64,000 nucleotides of DNA from a bacterium (GCA_037132275.1 JBAXPK010000009.1:1655-65654); one strand, 5' to 3'. Shown: positions 1 through 9,472, numbered from the stretch's first letter. The notes: generated by a model not told the origin, from the sequence alone. Numbers and translations: made by a program.

Positions 1-64
1 AAACACCGGCCGCCTCGGCGACATCCCGCAACCGCGTCCCTGATTTAATCCTGGTTTTGTTCAT
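1..64 (-). CDS. 5' end (about 21 codons) of a LacI-family-like HTH regulator; runs off the window
   Basis: Reverse-strand ATG at 62-64 gives MNKTRIKSGTRLRDVAEAAGV. This resembles the N-terminal HTH of LacI/PurR regulators. Only 21 aa are visible. Confidence 0.35.
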   Translation of the reverse strand, partial: MNKTRIKSGTRLRDVAEAAGV

Positions 65-78
65 CTGAAGCGCTTCAG
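65..78. promoter_or_regulatory. Perfect 14-bp palindrome CTGAAGCGCTTCAG with a central CG; candidate LacI-type operator or small terminator stem
   Basis: Read directly. It lies between the trpB2 stop (101) and the start of the LacI-like ORF (64). Confidence 0.25.
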
Positions 79-100
79 ATTGAGAAAATCAGGTTCGGGC

Positions 101-1474
101 TTACTTCAGCGGCGGGGGCTTGGGTAGATCCTTCAGGCAGGCTTGGGCCTTTTCAATTTCGTCATCCGGGAGGACGTAGTCGGTCAACTTGCCGTCGAAG
201 AAAGCCTGATAGCCGCTCAAGTCCATGATGCCGTGGCCGGACCAGTTGAGGACGATGACCTTCTCCTTGCCTTCTTCCTTCGCCTTGTTCGCCTCGCGGA
301 TGGCCATGGCGATGGCATGGGAGGTCTCGGGCGCCGGAATGAATCCTTCCGCCTGGATAAAGGTCATGGCGGCCCGGTAGCATTCCAGTTGGGGTATCGC
401 CTGGGCTTCAATCAGGCCTTCGCGCAGCGCGTGGCTCACCAGCGGCGCCATACCGTGGTAGCGGAGTCCACCGGCGTGGATCGGAGCGGGGACAAAGGTG
501 TGGCCGAGGCTGTGCATCGGCAATAACGGCGTCATCATGGCGACATCGCCGGAATCGTAGGAGAACTTGCCCTTGGTCATCTTGGGGCAGGCGGACGGTT
601 CGACGGCGATGACCTTGGGGTTCTTCGTCCCGGCAATCTTGTCGGCCAGGAACGGAAAGGCCATGCCGCCAAAGTTCGAGCCACCGCCGGCGCAGCCGAT
701 CACCACGTCGGGATAGAGCCCGATCTTGTCGAACTGCTTTTTGGTTTCGAGACCGATGATGGTTTGGTGCAGGAGCACATGGTTCAGCACGCTGCCGAGG
801 GCGTAACGGGTGTCCTTGTGGGTCACACAGTCTTCGATAGCCTCGCTGATGGCGATGGCCAGACTGCCCGGACAGTTGGGGTCGTTTGCTAGAATGGCGC
901 GGCCGGCATTGGTTTCCGTGCTTGGGCTGGCGACGCATTGGGCGCCCCAGGTTCGCATCATGATTTTGCGTAAAGGCTTCTGGTCGAAGCTGATTTTCAC
1001 CATGTACACCTTGCATTCCAAGCCGAACATCTGGCAGGCCATGGCGAGCGAGCTGCCCCATTGCCCGGCGCCGGTTTCGGTGGACAGGCGCTTGATGCCG
1101 AAGACCTTGTTGTAGTAGGCCTGTGGAACAGCGGTGTTAGGCTTGTGGCTGCCGGGCGCCGACACGCCTTCGTTCTTGTAATAGATTTTAGCGGGGGTCT
1201 TGAGCGCCTGCTCAAGCCGGTACGCGCGGCAGAGCGGGCTGGGGCGCCATTGCCAGAGGATCTGCAGGACTTCCTCGGGAATGTCGATCCAGCGCTGGGT
1301 GCTGACTTCCTGCTCGATCAGGTTCATGGGGAAGACCGGCGCCAGCATGTCGGGGGTGAGCGGCTTTCCGTCCGGCGTGACCGGCGGCGGCATGGCATGG
1401 GGAAAATCAGCGGCGATATTGTACCACTGACGGGGCATCTCATCTTCATTCAGGAATATTTTGATTTGCTTCAT
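101..1474 (-). CDS. trpB: TrpB2-type tryptophan synthase beta-like PLP enzyme
   Basis: 457-aa ORF. It has the long N-terminal extension and the GGGSNFGG and HTGAYK-like PLP-fold motifs typical of TrpB2. Confidence 0.85.
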   Translation of the reverse strand: MKQIKIFLNEDEMPRQWYNIAADFPHAMPPPVTPDGKPLTPDMLAPVFPMNLIEQEVSTQRWIDIPEEVLQILWQWRPSPLCRAYRLEQALKTPAKIYYKNEGVSAPGSHKPNTAVPQAYYNKVFGIKRLSTETGAGQWGSSLAMACQMFGLECKVYMVKISFDQKPLRKIMMRTWGAQCVASPSTETNAGRAILANDPNCPGSLAIAISEAIEDCVTHKDTRYALGSVLNHVLLHQTIIGLETKKQFDKIGLYPDVVIGCAGGGSNFGGMAFPFLADKIAGTKNPKVIAVEPSACPKMTKGKFSYDSGDVAMMTPLLPMHSLGHTFVPAPIHAGGLRYHGMAPLVSHALREGLIEAQAIPQLECYRAAMTFIQAEGFIPAPETSHAIAMAIREANKAKEEGKEKVIVLNWSGHGIMDLSGYQAFFDGKLTDYVLPDDEIEKAQACLKDLPKPPPLK

Positions 1475-1489
1475 GGTTGTGTTCCTTAT

Positions 1490-2743
1490 TTACCGTGTAA
1501 TTGGTTCTGTTCCGACAAAGCAGTTTTTTTCCCACAATCCGGAAGTCGTGGCGCCGCCGGATGTGATATAGGTGCCTTCTCCATCCATCATGTCATTCTT
1601 CCAGTCCCCGTTATATTGGTCGCCTTCGCCGAATTTAAACGAGCCGCGCCCGCTGACGAGACTGCCGTTTTTCCATAGGCCGGTAATCTGGCCGCCGTTG
1701 ACAAAGGTGTAGGTTCCTTCCCCGGTCATGGAGTCATTTTTCCACTGGCCGGTATATTTATCGCCATTCGCAAACGTCTCAGTTCCGGTGCCGTTCCGGG
1801 CGTCCTTAGACCAGGCGCCGTCATAGTCGGCGCCGCTGGGGAAACTCAACCGGCCCGGACCGTCTTTCCTGCCGTTGAGCAACTGGCCCGTATATCGTGA
1901 GCCATCGGAAAAGGTGATGTTCGTTGACAGGGTGGGGGTTTCGATTTTCAGCACAACAGGCGTAACAACAGGCGTAACAACGGGCTTTACAACGGGCTTT
2001 ACGACCGGCTGGACCGGCTGAGCGGGTTGGGTAGCAGATTTAGGTGTAGATTTTTCGGCGGGTTTCTTGGTGTGGCCGAAAAGCCTGGCCATGAATGAGG
2101 GTTGGCCGGGTTTCATGGCTGTGATGGCGGACTTGGCATTGCGCTCCTCCGCGATTGCGAGCGGGGTCTGGTTATTCGTGTCGGTAATCGATGGGTCGGC
2201 TCCATGACTCAGGAGCAATGACGCAATGTCGCCTGCGTCCGCATAGCCCGCCCAGTGGAGCGGGGTGAACCCGTTCATCGCCTTCACATTGATGGTGGCG
2301 CCTGACTGGATCAGAAGTTTGCAGAGCGGGAAGTTTTTATTGTAAGCCGCCCAATGGAGCGCGGTGGAACCCTTGGTGGTCACGGCATTGACGTTGGCGC
2401 CCTTCTTGACGAGATAGACCGCCACGTCTTGAAAGTCCTTGTTGACGGCGCAATGCAACGGCGTCAGGCCGCCTTCCGTGGCGAGATTCACCTCGGCACC
2501 GGCGGTTACCAGGGCCTTGACGATCTCCAGGTTGCCCTGAATGGAGGCGAGTATCAGGGGGGTGGTTCCGTCGGCGTCTTTGGCGTTCAGGACATCCGCC
2601 CCGGCGCCGCTGATGATGGTTTTGATTTGCGGAAGATCCTTCTCCTTGATGGCATTGTGAAGCGCCCCGGCATCACAGTTGCGTGCGGTTACCCCAAGGA
2701 ATACGAGGCCGACCAAGAGAGCGATGAAAAAATATTTCAGCAT
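1490..2743 (-). CDS. Secreted ankyrin-repeat / MORN-repeat protein
   Basis: Signal peptide, then about 5 ankyrin repeats (G.TPLH.A, LL..GA..N). A PVVK/PVVT linker follows, then repeated YxGxWxxGxxxGxG MORN units. Confidence 0.8.
   Translation of the reverse strand: MLKYFFIALLVGLVFLGVTARNCDAGALHNAIKEKDLPQIKTIISGAGADVLNAKDADGTTPLILASIQGNLEIVKALVTAGAEVNLATEGGLTPLHCAVNKDFQDVAVYLVKKGANVNAVTTKGSTALHWAAYNKNFPLCKLLIQSGATINVKAMNGFTPLHWAGYADAGDIASLLLSHGADPSITDTNNQTPLAIAEERNAKSAITAMKPGQPSFMARLFGHTKKPAEKSTPKSATQPAQPVQPVVKPVVKPVVTPVVTPVVLKIETPTLSTNITFSDGSRYTGQLLNGRKDGPGRLSFPSGADYDGAWSKDARNGTGTETFANGDKYTGQWKNDSMTGEGTYTFVNGGQITGLWKNGSLVSGRGSFKFGEGDQYNGDWKNDMMDGEGTYITSGGATTSGLWEKNCFVGTEPITR
1955..2020. repeat. 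In-frame tandem repeats encoding the (PVVK)2(PVVT)2 linker
   Basis: Units are AACAGGCGTAAC x2, AACGGGCTTTAC x2 and GACCGGCTG x2, inside the Ank/MORN CDS. Confidence 0.8.
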
Positions 2744-2836
2744 GTATCATTCCTTTTTTTTGAAACTCTTTCTCGACAAGAGCGGGATGTAAGATAAGAC
2801 TATGAACCCCGAAATGCAAGGAGGGGTTGGTGGGAA

Positions 2837-3460
2837 ATGATCGCGATTGTTGACTATAAAGCCGGGAACTTGACCAGTGTGAAACTGGCGTTTGAGGCCA
2901 TTGGAGTGGAGGCGGTCATCACCGACCGGCCGGAGACCATTCTTCAGGCGGATCGGGTGGTATTTCCCGGGGTGGGCGCCGCAGGCGCGTCGATGCGGAA
3001 CCTGTCGGAGTTGAACCTGGTCGATGCGCTTCGAACCGTGGTGGCGAGGGGGACCCCTTTCCTCGGTATTTGCGTTGGGATGCAGGTTTTGTTTGACCGA
3101 TCCGAAGAGGATGGCGGCACGCCGACGTTAGGGTTTATTCCCGGCGAGGTTCGATTGTTTCGTCCCGTAGAGCCCGCCGACAAGGTTCCTCAAATCGGAT
3201 GGAATGCCGTGCGGTTCCGCCGTTCTCACCCGGTGTTTGCCGGGGTTGAGAGTGAAACCGAATTCTATTTTGTGCATAGTTACTACCCGACGGCAAAGAA
3301 TTCGACCGATTGTGTGGGGACGACGGATTATGCGGGGGTGGAGTTCACCTCCGTTGTGGGCCGTGATAATCTTGTGGCGACACAGTTCCACATTGAGAAA
3401 TCGGGGCGCGTCGGGTTGAAGGTGTTTGAAAACTTCAGTCGATGGGATGGACAATGCTGA
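2837..3460 (+). CDS. hisH: Imidazole glycerol phosphate synthase, glutaminase subunit
   Basis: MIAIVDYKAGNL..GVG..FLGICVGMQ..HSY class-I amidotransferase motifs. Its end overlaps the hisF start. Confidence 0.95.
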   Translation: MIAIVDYKAGNLTSVKLAFEAIGVEAVITDRPETILQADRVVFPGVGAAGASMRNLSELNLVDALRTVVARGTPFLGICVGMQVLFDRSEEDGGTPTLGFIPGEVRLFRPVEPADKVPQIGWNAVRFRRSHPVFAGVESETEFYFVHSYYPTAKNSTDCVGTTDYAGVEFTSVVGRDNLVATQFHIEKSGRVGLKVFENFSRWDGQC

Positions 3461-4233
3461 CGAAACGAATCATTCCCTGCCTGGATGTCCGCAACAAGAA
3501 GGTCACCAAAGGCGTCAAATTCCAGAACAACGTGGTTCTGGGCGATGCGGTCGAGCTGGCGACGAAATACTACGACGAAGGCTGCGACGAGTTGGTGTTT
3601 TATGATATCACCGCCTCGGCCGAACGCCGCCCGATTGACATTGAGATGGTGCGCGAGGTGGCGCGGGCCATTCACATTCCTTTTGCGGTGGGCGGCGGGA
3701 TTTCCAATCTGTCCGATATGTCGCGGGTATTGCTGGCCGGTGCGGAGAAGATATCGGTCAATTCCCTGGCGGTGGTGAATCCGCAAATCATTGCGGATGG
3801 AGCCAAGGCCTTTGGATCCCAGTGCATCGTGTTGGGTATGGATCCCGTCCGGGTGGAGAATGATCCGCGGTTTCCGAGTGGATACGAGATTACCACCCGC
3901 GGTTTCCGCGAGCGAACCGGCATGGATGCGCTGGCCTGGGCGCGGCAAGCTGAGGATTTGGGCGTTGGCGAGATCGTCGTCAATTCGGTGGATGCGGATG
4001 GGATGAGAACCGGGTATGAACTTATCCTGACACGCCTGATCGCCGAGGCGGTCCGCATCCCGGTTGTGGCCTCCGGCGGGGCAGGGAAACCGTCTCACCT
4101 GGCCGATGCTTTCACAATAGGCAAGGCCGATGCCGCGATCATTGCCGGCATGATTCACACCGGCGAATACACCATTCCGCAAATCAAAAAAGAGTTGATC
4201 GCGGCCGGTGTTCCTATACGAAAAAGATGGTAA
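3454..4233 (+). CDS. hisF: Imidazole glycerol phosphate synthase, cyclase subunit
   Basis: MLTKRIIPCLDV... is the canonical HisF N-terminus. ATG at 3454 overlaps the hisH stop (ATGCTGA). Confidence 0.95.
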   Translation: MLTKRIIPCLDVRNKKVTKGVKFQNNVVLGDAVELATKYYDEGCDELVFYDITASAERRPIDIEMVREVARAIHIPFAVGGGISNLSDMSRVLLAGAEKISVNSLAVVNPQIIADGAKAFGSQCIVLGMDPVRVENDPRFPSGYEITTRGFRERTGMDALAWARQAEDLGVGEIVVNSVDADGMRTGYELILTRLIAEAVRIPVVASGGAGKPSHLADAFTIGKADAAIIAGMIHTGEYTIPQIKKELIAAGVPIRKRW

Positions 4234-4271
4234 TTCTAAATTAGCTTGATCGTCTAGCTGATTTTGAGATT

Positions 4272-4670
4272 ATGTATCCCATGACAGCGTTACTCCAAAA
4301 CGAGATTCTGGATTTTCTCAAGCAGCGCTTGCTTCCTGAGATTGGCGAGATACGAAAAGATCTGGATGCTTTTCGCGTTCAAACCCAGGCTGATTTCAAA
4401 GTCATCAATGGTCGACTCGATGAGATGGATAAGCGTTTCGAGCAAATGGACAAGCGTTTTGAGCAGGTAGACAAGCGTTTTGAGCAGGTAGACAAGCGTT
4501 TCGAGCAGGTAGACAAGCGGCTCGAGCAGTTGGATAAGCGCATGGACATGATGACTTTTGAGATGCATGAATTGAAGGGTGAAATGCGCGAAGTGCGTTC
4601 CTATGCCTTTACGACACGCATGAGCGAAACTCATTATGCCGTTCGTGACAAACCGAGGCCAAAATCCTGA
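4272..4670 (+). CDS. Small coiled-coil protein with heptad (M/V)DKRFEQ repeats
   Basis: 132-aa ORF. The central region is six consecutive 7-aa units encoded by 21-bp tandem repeats. No family recognised. Confidence 0.55.
   Translation: MYPMTALLQNEILDFLKQRLLPEIGEIRKDLDAFRVQTQADFKVINGRLDEMDKRFEQMDKRFEQVDKRFEQVDKRFEQVDKRLEQLDKRMDMMTFEMHELKGEMREVRSYAFTTRMSETHYAVRDKPRPKS
4425..4550 (+). repeat. Six copies of a 21-bp in-frame tandem repeat (ATG/GTA GAC AAG CGT TTY GAG CAG)
   Basis: Read directly. Units begin at 4425, 4446, 4467, 4488, 4509 and 4530. Confidence 0.9.
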
Positions 4671-5458
4671 TCCCAGAGCCCTTCTGCGTTCCGTTTTGTG
4701 ATTTCCGCCAACTCCTGCCCGGGAACATTCCTGACCTTCGCAACCGCTGTTAAAACGGCTGTCAAATGGGCCGGCTCGTTGATGGGATGACCATCGGTTT
4801 CCCGCAGGATGGTTGTTACAGGAGACAGGGATGGAGTCAGATCCGGGGCATCCGTCTCAATCAGCAGGCGATCTAGCGGAACGGCCGCCATGGCTTCCCG
4901 TCCCTTGCGGTTTTGTTCGAAGGTGATGGCGCCGGAGAAGGAAAAGAAGGCTCCTCGGCGTACCAGCGGCGCCACGAGTTCGCTGGATCCGGAATACGAA
5001 TGAAGCGCAAATCCGTGGGCGGGCCAGCCTTTTGAGTCCAGCAACTCCATCAGTCGGCCCCAGGCGCGGCGGCAATGGATCGAAACCGGCCGTTGCAGTT
5101 CATTGGCGAGATGGATTTGTGCCAGGAAGACGAACTCCTGATCGGCGAAGGTCGACTTGTCCAGCGCGTGATCAAGTCCGATTTCCCCTACAGCGGCTGA
5201 ACTGGCGGTCAGGATGCTGGCAAGGGAATCGAGCCAGTGCTCCGATCGTTCGCCGCTATACCGGGGGTGCAGTCCGTATGAGAGATGAACCCCGGGAAAG
5301 CGCCTGGCAATGTCCGGTAATGAGATCCAGTCCTGCTCGCAACTGCCACAGCACATCAATCCCGCCACGCCGGCGGCCGTGGCGCGCTCCATGGCGGCGT
5401 CAAGGTGCGGGAAGAGGCGTGCATCCTGCAAATGACAATGGGCATCGAAGAGCGGCAT
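4634..5458 (-). CDS. tatD: TatD-family metal-dependent hydrolase/DNase
   Basis: MPLFDAHCHL... is the TatD signature. I chose the internal ATG at 5456-5458. The longer ORF to 5629 reads through intergenic heptamer repeats. Confidence 0.85.
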   Translation of the reverse strand: MPLFDAHCHLQDARLFPHLDAAMERATAAGVAGLMCCGSCEQDWISLPDIARRFPGVHLSYGLHPRYSGERSEHWLDSLASILTASSAAVGEIGLDHALDKSTFADQEFVFLAQIHLANELQRPVSIHCRRAWGRLMELLDSKGWPAHGFALHSYSGSSELVAPLVRRGAFFSFSGAITFEQNRKGREAMAAVPLDRLLIETDAPDLTPSLSPVTTILRETDGHPINEPAHLTAVLTAVAKVRNVPGQELAEITKRNAEGLWDQDFGLGLSRTA

Positions 5459-5470
5459 AAAAGACAGTAT

Positions 5471-5498
5471 CCAGAATTCAGTGTCCAGAATCCAGAAT
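5471..5498. repeat. Three CCAGAAT heptamers in the tatD/lplT divergent intergenic region
   Basis: CCAGAAT at 5471, 5485 and 5492. This is the same heptamer as the 44.1-kb element. A tandem CTTTGCGGG x2 follows. Confidence 0.7.
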
Positions 5499-5546
5499 AT
5501 GTTTCCTTTGCGGGCTTTGCGGGCTTCTGTTAAAAACCGTCCAGCC

Positions 5547-6836
5547 ATGAATGAAGTAACAGACAAAAACAGGGGTTCCGAGGATGATGCCGCGATTCTC
5601 AGGCATGCACGCGGCAAGTTCGCCTGCATGGCGGCTTCCTATGGGCTGGGTGTTTTCAACGATAACTTTTTCAAGCAGGCGGCATTGGTGTTGTTTGTGG
5701 CGACCGGTCACAATGAAATGCAGGGATATGCGTTGAGTGTCTTCACATTGCCCTTCATTTTATTTGCCGCCCCGGCGGGCTGGTGTGCGGACCGCTTTGC
5801 CAAATGTCATGTGGTGATGGCCGCCAAGTGGTTGGAATTATTGGCAATGCTATTCGGCGCCGTGGGCATCTGTATGGGGAATTCGCCACTCATTTTCACC
5901 ATGCTGTTCATCATGGGATTCCAGGCCACCCTGTTCAGCCCGGCCATGAACGGATCCCTGCCCGACCTTTATCCGGAACGCTTTGTCACGCGTGCCAACG
6001 GGATTCTGCGAATGCTGGTGACTTTCGCGATTCTGGGGGGCGTGGCCGTGGCGGGGATGATGTTGGATCGCCAGGGACTGTACCGGGGGATTGATGCGGG
6101 CCGCTTGCTGGTGGCCGGAACGGTGGTGGCCGTGGCGATGGTGGGGGTGATGGTGAGTTACGGTGTGCCGCACCGGCCTGCCGCCAACCCGGCATTGCGG
6201 TTTCCCTGGAGTGGACCCTGGCATACCATTCAGGAACTTTTTGCCACCCGCAAGGATCCGTTATTGGCTACCACGATATTTACAAATGTCTTTGTCTGGT
6301 TGGTCGGGTCACTGGGAATTCTGATCATCAACCCGCTGGGGATTAACCAGTTTCACATGACCAAGACGATGACCAGTTACCTGATTGTGTGTCAGTTGGT
6401 GGGGCTTGCCGCAGGGGGAGTCATCAGCAGTCGCTTGATTCCCATTGGCCGCTGGTACCGGGTGGTCTGGCCGCTTTGTCTGGCCATGTCGCTGGTTATG
6501 GTGGCCATGGCCGGGGTGCCGATTCTGCCTGAAACCCTTCAGCGCCCGGCGCTCTTTGTGCTCATTTTCCTGCTGGGAAGTTTCGGCGGAGGGATTCTTA
6601 TCCCCATGGAAAGCTTTCTGCAGATTCGCCCGCCAATCCATCGCAAAGGCGCCGTGCTGTCGGCTGTGAACTTCATTGTGTTTGCCGGAATTCTCTCGTC
6701 CGGGCTTCTCTCTAATTTCCTGAATGCGCATCTGCCGCCGACCTCTGCCTTTGGGGTGATGGGACTGGCTTCGCTCGTGATTTCCGGGGTGTTGTTTTTC
6801 TTGTTCCGGAAGCAGCAGGAAACGGTGGGGGGATGA
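5547..6836 (+). CDS. lplT: MFS transporter, lysophospholipid transporter LplT-like
   Basis: Multi-TM MFS-like protein. It overlaps the downstream aas homologue by 4 bp (ATGA), as in the aas-lplT pairing of E. coli. The start at 5547 (MNEVTDK) is preferred. Confidence 0.75.
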   Translation: MNEVTDKNRGSEDDAAILRHARGKFACMAASYGLGVFNDNFFKQAALVLFVATGHNEMQGYALSVFTLPFILFAAPAGWCADRFAKCHVVMAAKWLELLAMLFGAVGICMGNSPLIFTMLFIMGFQATLFSPAMNGSLPDLYPERFVTRANGILRMLVTFAILGGVAVAGMMLDRQGLYRGIDAGRLLVAGTVVAVAMVGVMVSYGVPHRPAANPALRFPWSGPWHTIQELFATRKDPLLATTIFTNVFVWLVGSLGILIINPLGINQFHMTKTMTSYLIVCQLVGLAAGGVISSRLIPIGRWYRVVWPLCLAMSLVMVAMAGVPILPETLQRPALFVLIFLLGSFGGGILIPMESFLQIRPPIHRKGAVLSAVNFIVFAGILSSGLLSNFLNAHLPPTSAFGVMGLASLVISGVLFFLFRKQQETVGG

Positions 6837-9472
6837 GGTTGGGGGAAGAGAGCAACCGTCTGATATTTGTCTTGGTCCGAGGGCTTCTCAGGCTTCGGTA
6901 TCATATTCGTGTGCAGGGACTCGATGCGATTGCGGCGCGAGGGCGGACCGGTATTCTGTTTCTGCCGAATCATCCAGCCCTCATCGATCCGGTTATTATG
7001 ATGTCACGGCTCTATCCCCGTTTCCGGCTACGGCCCCTGGCGGATCAGGATCAGGTGAACCGGCCGGGAGTTCGCTGGTTGGCTGAACAGATCAACGTCG
7101 TAACCATTCCTGATCCCGCCGTCTATGGAGGAGCCAGTCGCCAGGCGGTGGAGGAAGGCGTTGAAAAATGTATTGAGGCGCTGAAGTCGGGGAGCAACCT
7201 GTTGCTTTATCCGGCTGGTCACATTGCCCGCCAGCGGTACGAAGACCTGGCCGGCGCCAGCGCGGTGGAGACCATTTTGGAGCGTCTCCCCGGGGTGCGT
7301 GTGGTTCTCGTGCAAACCCGCGGATTGTGGGGAAGCTCATTCAGTCGTGCCTCTGGGATGGCGCCAGCGTTGGGCAAAATATTCAAGAAGGGGATCCGGT
7401 CGCTTCTCGCCAACGGACTCTTCTTCTCGCCGCGTCGAAAGGTTGATATCACGTTGTGCGAGCCCACCGACTTTCCCCGGACTGGTGGCCGGGCGGTGTT
7501 GAACCGGTATCTCGAGACCTTTTATAATCACGATGCCCCGCCTGCATGGTACGTGCCTTATACCCGCTGGGAAAAGGGCGATGCCCATAAATTGCCCGAG
7601 CCGGTGCACGGGGCGACGGCCGGGGATCTCTCCGAAGTTCCGGCTGTTGTTCGGGACCAGGTGATCAAGCATCTGCGGGATCTGACAGGGCGTTCCTCGA
7701 TCCAAGACGCGGATTCCCTGGCCCGGGATTTGAACCTCGACAGTCTTGCCCTGGTTGACTTGGGACTCTGGGTGGAAGCCGAGTTCGGGTTTCCGGTCAG
7801 CGATGGCGCCGGGATGGAAACGGTTGGGGATGTTCTGCTGGCTGCCCGGGGCTTTTCTGCGGCCCCCGTGAAACAGGAACTAAAACCTGTTTCCCCGTCT
7901 TGGTTCCCGGCTCAAGGTCGGAGAGGCGACATTGCGATTCCCGGAGGTGACATGCTGACTTCCGTCTTCCTCGCCCAAGCCCGTCAGGGGCTTGATCGTG
8001 TTGTGCTGGCAGACCAGACCGGCGGGGTGAAGACCTATAGGGATGTGATTACCGGGATTCTGGCGCTCAAGCCGCAGATCGAGCGATTACCCGGCGACAT
8101 GGTCGGTATCATGCTCCCCGCCTCGGCGGGCGCCGGTGTGCTTTATCTCGCCATCTTGTTTGCCGGCAAGACTCCCGTGATGGTGAACTGGACGGTAGGG
8201 GTTCGCAATATGACCCACTCCCTTGATCTTTTGGGTGTGAAGGCCGTGCTTACGGCGGGCCGCGTGGTTCAGAAAATAGAATCCCAGTCCGGCAACTTGG
8301 GGTCGCTCAAAGAGCGGTTTATGCTGGTGGAGGAACTGGCCAAGAGGATGGGAAAAGGGACCAAACTGAGGGCTTGGCTGGCGGCGCGGACGTTCTGGCG
8401 CCGGAGTTTATCTTCGGTGTCGGTTCGGGATACGGCGGTGGTTCTGTTCACGAGCGGTTCCGAGAGTCTGCCCAAGGCCGTGCCGCTGACCCATGCCAAT
8501 CTTCTCGCGAATTTGCGCGACTTCACCAAAGTATTTCATTTTGCCACGGAGGATCGCCTGATCGGCATTCTGCCCCCGTTTCATTCTTTCGGGCTGACCT
8601 GTACCCTGCTGTTGCCCTTGTGCAGCGGCATCCCGGTGGCGTATCACCCCAATCCCACGGAAGGAGCCATGCTGGCGAGGTTGATTGAGGCGTATCGAAT
8701 CACCCTGCTGGTGGGGACGCCCACGTTCCTGGGCGGGATTCTGAGGGCTGTGAAGGGGGCGGAGTTGGATTCCCTCCGTGCTGTCATAACCGGTGCCGAG
8801 AAATGCCCGGAGGCAGTCTTTGACCTGATTCATCGCCAGTGGCCGCAGCTGAAAGTCATTGAGGGCTATGGTATCACCGAGTGTTCGCCGGTCGTGTCAG
8901 CCAACGACGAAGCAAACCCGCAATCGGGCACGATTGGCAGGGCGCTTCCCTCGGTCGAGACGGCGCTGGTGGACGTGGAGACCGGGCGCCGAATCGAACC
9001 GGGTCGCCCGGGAATGCTGCTGGTGCGCGGGCCCAGTATTTTCGGGGGATATCTGAACTATGACGGCGCCTCGCCGTTTGTGGAGTTTGAGGGGAAGTCG
9101 TGGTACAGAACCGGCGACCTGGTGATGCAGCGACCGGATGGGATACTGGTATTTTCCGGGCGGCTGAAGCGGTTCGTCAAACTGGGTGGCGAGATGATTT
9201 CGCTCCCTGCGATTGAGGAGGCGCTGGCGCGTTACTATGTGAAGCCGACCGATGAGGAGCCGGTGATTGCCGTCGAGGCGACGCCCGTTGATCTCAACCC
9301 GGAGCTGGTTCTCTTTACCATCCGGGAGTTGGATCGCGAGGAGGTCAACAACCGGATCAAGGAGGCAGGCCTGTCGCCCTTGCATAACATTCGTTTGATC
9401 CGCCGGGTCGAGAAAATTCCAGTTCTGGGCACGGGTAAAACCGACTACCGGGCGTTGCGGGAACTTAGGTGA
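6833..9472 (+). CDS. aas: Tri-domain Aas-like enzyme: PlsC-type acyltransferase + carrier (PP-binding) domain + acyl-ACP/AMP-forming synthetase
   Basis: NHPALIDP (HX4D-like) acyltransferase block. DLNLDSLALVDL phosphopantetheine-site-like motif. LFTSGSESLPKAV and YGITE..GDL..GRLKRFVKLGGE adenylation motifs. Confidence 0.85.
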   Translation: MRLGEESNRLIFVLVRGLLRLRYHIRVQGLDAIAARGRTGILFLPNHPALIDPVIMMSRLYPRFRLRPLADQDQVNRPGVRWLAEQINVVTIPDPAVYGGASRQAVEEGVEKCIEALKSGSNLLLYPAGHIARQRYEDLAGASAVETILERLPGVRVVLVQTRGLWGSSFSRASGMAPALGKIFKKGIRSLLANGLFFSPRRKVDITLCEPTDFPRTGGRAVLNRYLETFYNHDAPPAWYVPYTRWEKGDAHKLPEPVHGATAGDLSEVPAVVRDQVIKHLRDLTGRSSIQDADSLARDLNLDSLALVDLGLWVEAEFGFPVSDGAGMETVGDVLLAARGFSAAPVKQELKPVSPSWFPAQGRRGDIAIPGGDMLTSVFLAQARQGLDRVVLADQTGGVKTYRDVITGILALKPQIERLPGDMVGIMLPASAGAGVLYLAILFAGKTPVMVNWTVGVRNMTHSLDLLGVKAVLTAGRVVQKIESQSGNLGSLKERFMLVEELAKRMGKGTKLRAWLAARTFWRRSLSSVSVRDTAVVLFTSGSESLPKAVPLTHANLLANLRDFTKVFHFATEDRLIGILPPFHSFGLTCTLLLPLCSGIPVAYHPNPTEGAMLARLIEAYRITLLVGTPTFLGGILRAVKGAELDSLRAVITGAEKCPEAVFDLIHRQWPQLKVIEGYGITECSPVVSANDEANPQSGTIGRALPSVETALVDVETGRRIEPGRPGMLLVRGPSIFGGYLNYDGASPFVEFEGKSWYRTGDLVMQRPDGILVFSGRLKRFVKLGGEMISLPAIEEALARYYVKPTDEEPVIAVEATPVDLNPELVLFTIRELDREEVNNRIKEAGLSPLHNIRLIRRVEKIPVLGTGKTDYRALRELR

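Noticed and set aside
4425-4550. CRISPR-like regular repeats.
   Set aside because: The units are contiguous 21-bp in-frame tandem repeats with no spacers. They lie inside a coding frame that translates to a clean heptad coiled coil.
5459-5629. Longer N-termini for tatD (to 5629) and lplT (from 5481).
   Set aside because: The extensions translate the intergenic heptamer and tandem repeats (..FWILDTEFWIL.., ..PLRALRAS..) and the two would overlap each other. The canonical TatD (MPLFDAHCHL) and MFS starts lie downstream.
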